DNA of 64,000 bases, from contig BTVJ01000031.1 in NCBI GenBank assembly GCA_045863395.1, positions 1-64,000 on the forward strand, read 5' to 3'. The notes under the pieces were generated by a model. That model worked only from the letters and a program-made list of their open reading frames with translations, was not told the DNA's origin and searched no databases. The stretch's first letter is position 1. Every line of letters begins with the position of its first letter. Source of the stretch: Myxococcales bacterium. Lineage in GTDB: Bacteria > Myxococcota_A > UBA9042 > JABWCM01 > BTVJ01. Below, one piece after another: positions 56,483 through 64,000 of the stretch. A program made the position numbers and the translations under genes.

Positions 56483-57109
56483 ATGGTCCCAGTCGAGCTT
56501 CGTACCGGCCGGCGAGAGCGCGGATGGCGCCTCTGGGCATTCCGGCTGTTGGTCGCATCCATGCTGCTCTTCAGTGCCTTTGGCGCTGTGGTCCGCTGTA
56601 GCGGTCCCCCTCCAGGCGTCGCGGCGGCGAGCCCCGGAGACCCACGTTGGCTTGCGGCGGCGAAGACCGAGAAGGTGGACGCCCAGGAACGGCGGCGCCG
56701 TGAGCAGGAGTCGATGAGCGTCCAGCTCGCGCTGATCGCGGGCGCGTGTGCGGCGGCTCTGATGGGGCTGCGGCTGACGCGAGCCCGTGGAACCGTCACC
56801 ATCGACGATCACGGCATGAAGGTAGACTCAGGGGGGGAGCAGCGGAGTATCGCGTGGTCCAATCTGGTGTCGGCGTATTGGGATCGCCCGGTTTCGGGGC
56901 GTCCCAACCCCAATGTCTACATCGAGCCGCACATCGGTAGCGCCGCGGCGCCGGCCCTGGCGAGCCTCGCGAGCGACAACTGGGTGGTGGAGTTTCGCGA
57001 CGGATCCGGGGGTCCGCCCATCGTCCTCGACGGTCGGGACTTCTATCGTGCCCACGCGGCGCTGCAGGCCATACGCGACGCGCTACCCCCTCGCTTCCCG
57101 CGCCACTGA
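56483..57109 (+). CDS. Hypothetical membrane protein (two hydrophobic segments plus a PH-like C-terminal domain)
   Basis: Two hydrophobic stretches followed by VTIDDHGMKV..RSIAWSNL. Confidence 0.5.
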   Translation: MVPVELRTGRRERGWRLWAFRLLVASMLLFSAFGAVVRCSGPPPGVAAASPGDPRWLAAAKTEKVDAQERRRREQESMSVQLALIAGACAAALMGLRLTRARGTVTIDDHGMKVDSGGEQRSIAWSNLVSAYWDRPVSGRPNPNVYIEPHIGSAAAPALASLASDNWVVEFRDGSGGPPIVLDGRDFYRAHAALQAIRDALPPRFPRH

Positions 57110-57133
57110 GCGTCTCCCAGTGAGACGCCCCGC

Positions 57134-58339
57134 TCAGACCGTCCGGTACAGCTCCGCGAGCGTCGGCAGCACGCTCTCCTTCGCGAAGTGGGCGCGCCCG
57201 ATGGCCGCGATGGCGGCCCGGCGTGCGTCGTCCTGCCCGTCGAGCAGCCGCGCGAAGGGCCGGAGATAGCTCGCCGGGTCGTCCTCGTTGAGCAGCACCC
57301 CCGTCCCGTGATCCCGGACGAAGGCGCTGTAGTCGCCGATGCCCTCGTTGATCAGCACGGGGAGCCCCGCGAGCAGGTACTCGGCGAACTTGGTGGGGGC
57401 CGCCACCTCGTTGACCGGGTGGCGTGCGCGCAGGAGGATGCCGGCGTCCGCGGCGTTGAGCCAGCCGTTGACCTCCGCGTGGGGGACGCGCAGGACCCGC
57501 GCTCGTCCGTCAGGGATGCCCGCCTCCGCCAGCGCGCTGCGCATGGCGTCGAGGCCCGGCGTGAGCGCGACGAAGGTGACCCGCGCGTCGGCCTCCATGA
57601 GGGTGCGCACGACCCGCAGCGTGGCGGGGAGGTGGTGCCACTTGCCCGTGGCGCCCGGGAACACGATGACGCGCCCGTCGAGGCCCTCCCGCTGGCGCAC
57701 CTCGGCGCGCAGCGCGGGGTCGAAGCGGAACGTCTCGTCACTGGCGAGGCAGGGGACCACCCGGATCTTCCCGGCATCGGCGCCGAAGTCGCGGACCAGC
57801 CAGTCGCGCAGCGGGCCCGACACCGCGATGATCGCCGCGGCGCTCCGCACGGCCTCCTGCATCCAGACCGGGGCGACGCGCGCCATGACCGCGGCGCCTC
57901 GCTCCCCTTGCGCGGCCATCATGCCCAGCTCCGCCAGGTGGCCCCGCACGTCGAGCACCAGGCGCACGCCCGGGTGCAGCCGCGCGACGTTCATGGCGAT
58001 GGCCGCCGCCTTCACGGAGCGGGCGTGGATCACCACCTCGCGCGCCAGGAGCGCCGGCCCCGCCGCGGCGATGACCGCCGCCGTGGCCGCCGCCAGCCCC
58101 ACCGGCAGGTCCGCGCGGTAGTGGGGCACGACCAGCACGCGCCCCTGGAGGCGCGCGGCGACCTCCCGGCGTCGCTGGAGCAGCGTGTGGCGGTCGCGCA
58201 GCATCATCCCGGCGGAGACGCTGGAGATCAGGTCGAAGTGCAGCCCGAGCCGGTCGAGCAGGGCGAGGGGCTCCACCACCTGGGAGTCGATGACCGTCGG
58301 CTGGAAGGGCTCCGTGAACAGGTACAGGTAGCGGCGCAT
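57134..58339 (-). CDS. Glycosyltransferase family 4 (GT-B)
   Basis: DVRG, IIAVSGPL, VPHAEVNGWLNAADAG and PTKFAEYLLAGLPV. Confidence 0.9.
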   Translation of the reverse strand: MRRYLYLFTEPFQPTVIDSQVVEPLALLDRLGLHFDLISSVSAGMMLRDRHTLLQRRREVAARLQGRVLVVPHYRADLPVGLAAATAAVIAAAGPALLAREVVIHARSVKAAAIAMNVARLHPGVRLVLDVRGHLAELGMMAAQGERGAAVMARVAPVWMQEAVRSAAAIIAVSGPLRDWLVRDFGADAGKIRVVPCLASDETFRFDPALRAEVRQREGLDGRVIVFPGATGKWHHLPATLRVVRTLMEADARVTFVALTPGLDAMRSALAEAGIPDGRARVLRVPHAEVNGWLNAADAGILLRARHPVNEVAAPTKFAEYLLAGLPVLINEGIGDYSAFVRDHGTGVLLNEDDPASYLRPFARLLDGQDDARRAAIAAIGRAHFAKESVLPTLAELYRTV

Positions 58340-58342
58340 GGG

Positions 58343-60526
58343 TCACTCCCGCTCGACGGCGACGGCGCGCCCTGCCTCGATGCGCACCACGTCGACGCCG
58401 CCGGGCACCGGGATGCGGAGGCGCCCCTCCTCCCACACCGGCCGCCCGCAGGTCGCAGGCGCGAGCAGCAGGGGACGGCGCGCCGGCAGCGGCTCATCGC
58501 GCCAGAGCCCGATGGTCGTGCCGTCGCGGCGCTCCCCGTACCGAGGCGCGAAGAGGCCCAACCCAGGCTCCGGGGAGTCACCGCGGCGCAGCTCCGCCCG
58601 CAGCTCGGACGACCACCAGGCGTGTGCCAGGAGGCGGCCGTCCCGCAGGAGCGCGAGGCCGCCCTCAACGGTCCGCGCCTCGACCGCCCCGACCTGGAGC
58701 CACTGCCGGGTCCGGTGGACCCCTGCGCCGCTCCACGCGTCGCTGAGGAGGATCCAGCCCGGGTCGGGCCGCCAGAGGAGCTGGCGCTCCAGCGTGGCAC
58801 TGCGATCGGGGCCCGCGGGCACGCGGAAGGCGACGCGGTGGTGGTCCTCGGCGCCCTCCCACTCCACCACGTCGGCGGTCTGCTGGCCATCGACACCGAA
58901 CCGCCAGGTGGTCACGTCGAAGGGGTCCCGGTCGTCGAGCTGGAGCCCCGAATGGGCGTCAGCCCCCCGGAACGCCGCGCGCAGGCGGTCCTCCCCCGCG
59001 TAGAGCCAGACGCCCGGGTCGACGAGCAGCTCCTCCCCGTCGAGCCACCACGTCAGCGAGAGGCCGTGGCAGTGCTGGTGGCTCTGCGAGACGCCGATGC
59101 GGCGCGCGGTGGGTCCGGCGGTCATCACGACGTGGCTGCGAGACACGCCCACATCCTGGCGCAGCACGGCGAAGCCCCCGCACTGGAACAGGCGGGCCCT
59201 CTGCCCGGGCTCGTCCCGGCGCAGGCGGCGCCACGCGTCGAAGGCGGCCGGCCCCAGGAGCCACGCCGGCTCCTCCGGCATCTGCGACAACCCGCAGGCC
59301 ATGTCGCCGCGCCCCAGCAGCAGCGCGCCGACCGCGAGCACACCCCGGCGGTCCCGCCCGTCGTCCAGGTCCGTCAGGCGGAACCCGCGCCCGCCGTCGG
59401 CGTCGCCGATGAGCGGCACGGAGCCGTCCGGGCGCACCACCCGCCGCGCGAAGTCCAGCATGGCGAGCACGCGGGCGCGCACTCCGTCATCGAGCGGCAG
59501 CACCGCGTGGCGGCGTAGCGCGAGAGCCTCCACGACGCTCTCCAGGACGAACAGGTGGTAGGAGGTCGCGCCCTCGCCCGGGGAGCCCTCCTCCCAGAAC
59601 TGCTTGAGGACCTCGGCGTGGAGGGTCGCCGACGCCCTCAGCGCGGCGCGGCGGAGCGGCCGCAGCCCGGGCACGGCCACACCGAGGGCGAGCAGCCCAG
59701 CGACCTCGGTGATCAGGTGGTTGTGGGTCGTCGCGCCGGACGAGAGGGTGCGCACCACATACTCTCCGTGGAGCCACAGCAGCTTGTAGATGAGGAGGCG
59801 CCGCTCCGGCGGGATGGCGTCGGACCGGCTGGTCGCCGCCAGGGCGAGCAGCCAGGACCTGATGCGGAGCGCCGCCTCCTGGGCGTGGAGCCAGTGCACG
59901 CCGACGCCGAAGGGGTTGTGGGCGATCCAGTCCGCGAGGGTGTCCCCGATGGCCTCCGCATAGCGCCCTTCGCCCGTCACAAGGTGGGCGCGGGCGAGGG
60001 TGCCGAGCCACTGGTGGCGCGACAGCTCCCAGATGCGGCGCACGTCTCCAGGGCGCCGCGCGCTGTCGATGTCCAGCGCGGAGGCGGGCTCGAGCGGCCA
60101 GTCTGCGGGGCTGTCGATCAGCGCGTGCCAGCGGAGCGCCCCGTCCGGGTAGCCCGAGATGAGCCACGAGAAGCGCCCCGCCAGGATGTCCTCGGCGCGG
60201 CGCAGCGTCGCCGCCGCGCAGTCGGGCCGGTGCTCTGCGATGGCGCGCGCGGTCGCAGGGTCCGACAGGCTGGGCAGGTAGCGCCGCCGCAGGGTGGCGT
60301 CCAGGTCGGCGACGGCGCGGCGCAGGTCGGCAGCCGTGGACGGTACGGGGCGCCCCAAGGCCCTGAAGAAGTCCGCGTCCGAGGGGATCGTCGCCAGGTG
60401 CCGGTCGATCCACCGCTGAGCCGCCGCCGAGCGGGATCCCTTGAACAGAGCGTCACGGACCACGGCCGCCCCGTGGACCGGCCCGTCGCTGCGGAAGCGA
60501 CGGATGGCGCGGGCGATGAGCTCCAC
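58343..60526 (-). CDS. Heparinase II/III-family protein
   Basis: DVRRIWELSRHQW, WIAHNP.GVGVHW, NHLITE, EGATSYH, IGDADGG, HQHCHGLS and VDPG..Y. Confidence 0.88.
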   Translation of the reverse strand: MELIARAIRRFRSDGPVHGAAVVRDALFKGSRSAAAQRWIDRHLATIPSDADFFRALGRPVPSTAADLRRAVADLDATLRRRYLPSLSDPATARAIAEHRPDCAAATLRRAEDILAGRFSWLISGYPDGALRWHALIDSPADWPLEPASALDIDSARRPGDVRRIWELSRHQWLGTLARAHLVTGEGRYAEAIGDTLADWIAHNPFGVGVHWLHAQEAALRIRSWLLALAATSRSDAIPPERRLLIYKLLWLHGEYVVRTLSSGATTHNHLITEVAGLLALGVAVPGLRPLRRAALRASATLHAEVLKQFWEEGSPGEGATSYHLFVLESVVEALALRRHAVLPLDDGVRARVLAMLDFARRVVRPDGSVPLIGDADGGRGFRLTDLDDGRDRRGVLAVGALLLGRGDMACGLSQMPEEPAWLLGPAAFDAWRRLRRDEPGQRARLFQCGGFAVLRQDVGVSRSHVVMTAGPTARRIGVSQSHQHCHGLSLTWWLDGEELLVDPGVWLYAGEDRLRAAFRGADAHSGLQLDDRDPFDVTTWRFGVDGQQTADVVEWEGAEDHHRVAFRVPAGPDRSATLERQLLWRPDPGWILLSDAWSGAGVHRTRQWLQVGAVEARTVEGGLALLRDGRLLAHAWWSSELRAELRRGDSPEPGLGLFAPRYGERRDGTTIGLWRDEPLPARRPLLLAPATCGRPVWEEGRLRIPVPGGVDVVRIEAGRAVAVERE

Positions 60527-62638
60527 TCAGGCCTCTCCGCGCAAGGCGGCGTCGATCCGCACGGCGAGGCGAGCGGTCGCGGCGCAGGAGGTCGCCGAGA
60601 CCAGCGGCGTCGTCTCCCCGCGGATCGCCCGAGCGAAGGCGTCGAGCTCCGCGACGTGCCCCTTGTCTCTGCGCCCCCTCCACGACGGGTGCCCGAAGCC
60701 CTGGGCCGCGGCGAAGTCGTCGATGACGACGCTGGCGCCGCCGGCCATCACCTCGATGCGCTCCTTGGGAAGGTCACGGGCCCCGAGCGCCGTGTAGACG
60801 ATGGTGGCGACGGACCCGTCGCCGAGCTCCAGGGCGATGCTCACGTTGTCCAGGGCCTCGACCCCGGGGCGCCCCGGCGCCACCGCGGTGGCCTGGGCAC
60901 GCACCACGGGCGCGTCGCCCGCCAGGTAGGAGCACAGGTCGAGGAAGTGGCACACCTCCCCGATGATGCGCCCGCCGCCCACCTGGCGGTCCTGGGTCCA
61001 GTGGGTCGCGGGGATGGCCCCCGCGTTGACGCGACAGACGATGACCGCCGGCGTGCCGGCGCGGGCGACCAGGTCCCGCGCGAGGCGGGCGGCGGGCGCG
61101 TACCGGCGGTTCGTTCCGACGGCCAGGACCCTCCCGCTCAGGCCATGCGCCGCCATCACCGCGTCGATCTGCGCCTCCGTCAGCCCGAGCGGCTTCTCCA
61201 CGAGGACGTGCTTCCCCGCCTCCAGGGCGGCGACGCACAGCTCCGCGTGGGTGTCGTGGCGCGTGCTGATCACGACCGCGTCGACGGCCGGGTCCGCGAG
61301 GGCCTCCCGCCAGTCCGTCGAGGCGTAGAGCGCCCCGAAGGACCGCGCCTCCCGGGCCGCCGAGGCGCCGCTCTTCGCCACCGCCCAGCGCAGCGCGAAC
61401 GCACCGCTGCGGGTGAGGTTCGGGAGGTGGACCTCCCGGGCGAAGCCGCCGAGCCCGATGGCCGCCACCTGGATGCGGTGCCCGAGCGCGCGCTCCTTGC
61501 CGGTCTGCACGGTGCGGGCGGGCGCCGGCCCCCTCCGCTCCGACGCCGGGTAGCGCAGCAAGACCCCGAGCGTCGTCGCCGGCTCCTTCACCAGCAGGTC
61601 GTAGGCGCGGGCCCCGTCGCCGATGGGCAGCTCGTGGGTCACCAGCGGCCCGACGTCCACCTGGCCGCTCGCGCACAGCCGCAGGAAGGCGTCCAGGTTG
61701 CGCTGCAGCGTCCACCGGGCGAAGGCCGGGGGGTAGTCGATTCCTCCGATCTCATAGGAGGGGTCGTAGCGCCCCGGCCCATACGAGCACGAGATGGTGA
61801 CCTCCGCCTCCTTTTCATAGAAGGGGCTCCGGGGCATCGTCAGGCCCACGTCCCCGACCACCACCACCCTGCCCCGCTGGCGGACGACCTGCAGCGCGTC
61901 CCGCATGGGGTCGCTGGACGACGTCGTCGCGCACAGCAGCACCGCGTCGGCGCCGAGGCCCCCGCTGGCCCGGGTGACCGCCCCGGCGAGGGCTGTCGGC
62001 TCCACGGCCTCGGCGCCCGCGAGCTCGGCAACCCGGCGCCGCTCGGGCAGCAGGTCCACGGCGATGACGCGGCACCCCGCCGCGCGCAGGAGCTGGACCG
62101 CCAGCGCGCCGAGGAGCCCCACCCCGGTGACCACGACCAGCTCGCCAATCTGAGGCGCCGCCCGCCGCACCCCTTGCAGGGCGATGGCGCCGACCGTCGT
62201 CCACGCGGCGGAGCGCAGCGGCACTCCATCAGGCACCCGTGCGCACAGCATGGCGGGCACCGCGACGACCTCGGCGTGGGACGCATGGCCGCCCCCCGCG
62301 CAGGCCACCGCGTCCCCCACGGACAACCCCGCCACGTCGGCGCCGACGGCGACCACCCGGCCGGCCGACGAGTAGCCCAGAGGCTCCCCGAGGTTGCCCT
62401 GGTTGCGCACCTTGTGGGCCAGGGCGTGGAGGCCGTCCTGGTCGAGGACCTGCAGGCCGCGCTTGAGGAGGGAGCGGCGCCGCCCGGCGCGGGCCCCCTG
62501 CGTCAGGCCCTTGGTCTCCGTGCCGGCGCTGATCAGGGACCACCAGGTCTCGACCAGCACCTCGCCGGCGCCGCAGGCGGGCGCCGGCACCTCGGCGACC
62601 GTGATCGCGCCGCGTTTGGTCTTGAAGAGCTGCTTCAC
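60527..62638 (-). CDS. Bi-domain oxidoreductase (Zn-ADH-like plus Gfo/Idh/MocA) typical of polysaccharide clusters
   Basis: SLISAGTE, LGYSSAG, SCSYGPGRYDP.YE, RWT.QRN, TRHDTHA, VEKPL and GGGRIIGEVCHF. Confidence 0.92.
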   Translation of the reverse strand: MKQLFKTKRGAITVAEVPAPACGAGEVLVETWWSLISAGTETKGLTQGARAGRRRSLLKRGLQVLDQDGLHALAHKVRNQGNLGEPLGYSSAGRVVAVGADVAGLSVGDAVACAGGGHASHAEVVAVPAMLCARVPDGVPLRSAAWTTVGAIALQGVRRAAPQIGELVVVTGVGLLGALAVQLLRAAGCRVIAVDLLPERRRVAELAGAEAVEPTALAGAVTRASGGLGADAVLLCATTSSSDPMRDALQVVRQRGRVVVVGDVGLTMPRSPFYEKEAEVTISCSYGPGRYDPSYEIGGIDYPPAFARWTLQRNLDAFLRLCASGQVDVGPLVTHELPIGDGARAYDLLVKEPATTLGVLLRYPASERRGPAPARTVQTGKERALGHRIQVAAIGLGGFAREVHLPNLTRSGAFALRWAVAKSGASAAREARSFGALYASTDWREALADPAVDAVVISTRHDTHAELCVAALEAGKHVLVEKPLGLTEAQIDAVMAAHGLSGRVLAVGTNRRYAPAARLARDLVARAGTPAVIVCRVNAGAIPATHWTQDRQVGGGRIIGEVCHFLDLCSYLAGDAPVVRAQATAVAPGRPGVEALDNVSIALELGDGSVATIVYTALGARDLPKERIEVMAGGASVVIDDFAAAQGFGHPSWRGRRDKGHVAELDAFARAIRGETTPLVSATSCAATARLAVRIDAALRGEA

Positions 62639-63447
62639 GGCTTGGGCTCCGGTTCAGGGACCTCCTGGGCGAAGTCTGGCGCCCTGCGCGCGAAGAACTC
62701 GCGCAGGGCCCGCCGATGCTCCTCGGAGGCCCACCGCTGGCCGAACAGCTCGTTCTCCAGCGCGGTCGCCGCTCCAAGCGGGAGCTCCGCGCTCCGCCAG
62801 ACGAGCTCTTTGAGGGCCCGGATGCTCGCCGCCGGGTGGCGCGTGATCTGGCGGGCCAGGTCGAGGGCGGTGGCCAGCGCGAGGCCGCTCGGCGCGATGG
62901 CGGCGCACAGGCCGATCTGCTGGGCCTCCCGCGCCCCGACGTACTGGCCCGTCAACAGGATGCGCATGGCGTGGCCGCCCCCGACCGCCCGCACCAGCCG
63001 CGGCGTGCCCCCCCAGCCCGTGATCAGCCCGAGGCGCGCTTGAGAGAAGACGAGGTGTGCGTGCTCCGCCATCACCCGCAGGTCGCAGGCCAGCGCCACC
63101 TCGCACCCGCCACCGTAGGCGTCGCCCCCGACGGCGGCGATGGTCGGCACGGGCAGGGCCTCCAGTCGCGCCAGGATCTGCTGCATGCGCGCGCCCATGG
63201 CCTGCCCTTTCTCTGGCGTGTCGAGGGAGGCGAAGTCGCGCAGGTCGCCCCCCGCGATGAAGGTGCGCTCGCCCTCCGCGGCCAGTATGACGCAGCCCAG
63301 GTCGGCCTCGCCCTCCAGGCGCGCGATGGCGGCGTCCAGCTCCTCCATGGTCGCGCGGTCGATGGCGTTGCGCACCTCGGGGCGCGACACCCGCACCACC
63401 GCCACGCGGTCCGCCCGCCCGACCTCGACGCTGATGCTCTCGCCCAT
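62635..63447 (-). CDS. Enoyl-CoA hydratase/isomerase (crotonase) family protein
   Basis: RPEVRNAI, FIAGGDL, GGGCEVALACDLR and GWGGTPRL. Confidence 0.88.
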   Translation of the reverse strand: MGESISVEVGRADRVAVVRVSRPEVRNAIDRATMEELDAAIARLEGEADLGCVILAAEGERTFIAGGDLRDFASLDTPEKGQAMGARMQQILARLEALPVPTIAAVGGDAYGGGCEVALACDLRVMAEHAHLVFSQARLGLITGWGGTPRLVRAVGGGHAMRILLTGQYVGAREAQQIGLCAAIAPSGLALATALDLARQITRHPAASIRALKELVWRSAELPLGAATALENELFGQRWASEEHRRALREFFARRAPDFAQEVPEPEPKP

Positions 63448-63568
63448 GGCCGCACCTCTCGGTGGCGGCACGTTACCCCGCGCCCCTGCGGCGATCAACC
63501 GCTCGGCATGGCGCAAGGGGGCAGGATCTGCTATTGCTCAGGGGCCGTCGTGACCTGGGAGGTGAGCC

Positions 63569-64000
63569 ATGAAGCGCGCAGTGTTGCTGGCCAGTACGCT
63601 GATCGCCGCACAGGTCGCCGCCTGCACCTCGGAGAGCGGCGCGCCGCTGTTCATCTCCGAGGAGCAGGAGATCGCCGTCGGCCAGCAGGTCCACGCGGAC
63701 ATCCTGGCCGAGTACGGCGGCGCCTGCGTGGAGCCTGTGTGCCCCGCGGCGCTCCAGCAGTACGTGCAGGGCATCGGCCAGGCCATCGTGGCGAAGTCCA
63801 CGCGGAGCAAGCTGAAGTTCACCTTCACGATCCTGCACACGGACCAGATCAACGCGTTCGCGGCCCCGGGCGGGTTCCTCTACATCACGACGGGGCTGAT
63901 GCGGCAGGCCCACGACAAGTCGGAGATCGTCGGCGTCCTGGGTCACGAGGTGGGCCACGTCACGCTCTACCACGGGGCCAACGCCATCCAGCGCAACGCG
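63569..64000 (+). CDS. M48-family metalloprotease lipoprotein (BepA/LoiP-like), 3' truncated
   Basis: Absent from the ORF track because it has no stop in the window. ATG at 63569 after GGAGGT; MKRAVLLASTLIAAQVAAC, ISEEQEIAVG, INAFAAPGG and VLGHEVGH. Confidence 0.9.
   Translation, partial: MKRAVLLASTLIAAQVAACTSESGAPLFISEEQEIAVGQQVHADILAEYGGACVEPVCPAALQQYVQGIGQAIVAKSTRSKLKFTFTILHTDQINAFAAPGGFLYITTGLMRQAHDKSEIVGVLGHEVGHVTLYHGANAIQRNA

Noticed and set aside
59555..63043. 1162-aa plus-strand ORF and similar long alternative-frame ORFs elsewhere
   Set aside because: They overlap well-supported genes on the opposite strand and have low-complexity R/G/A/P composition.

Overview
Very GC-rich bacterial chromosomal DNA, probably from a Myxococcota/deltaproteobacterial predator-like lineage; this is inferred from the many lipoproteins with acidic DAG linkers, the CDDGNPCT Cys repeats and an OmpA with TSP3 repeats. 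Housekeeping genes include a leucine-catabolism cluster (liuB, liuC, split liuD, liuE), pepP, an RNase II/R-family gene, recD2, a PepT-like peptidase and part of a polysaccharide cluster. The accessory content is mostly cell-surface genes. Two paralogous secreted phage-tail-fibre-like adhesins (15470-20842, 48742-52809) share an N-terminal domain but have different shafts and lectin-like tips, resembling Bdellovibrio MAT fibres. Each lies in a same-strand cluster with a large lipid-anchored Dictyostelium-type Cys-repeat protein (21822-28409, 46115-48676). This fibre plus Cys-rod module is the best candidate for an undescribed system. Other oddities are a lipoprotein made of an RND-pump periplasmic headpiece with no transmembrane domain (42481-44097), an orphan flavin-dependent halogenase-like gene, a lipoprotein/HEXXH protease pair and a PepT variant with a His-to-Glu metal-ligand change. 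I saw no rRNA, tRNA, CRISPR array, reverse transcriptase or transposase. All family calls come from motif recognition by eye, not database searches.
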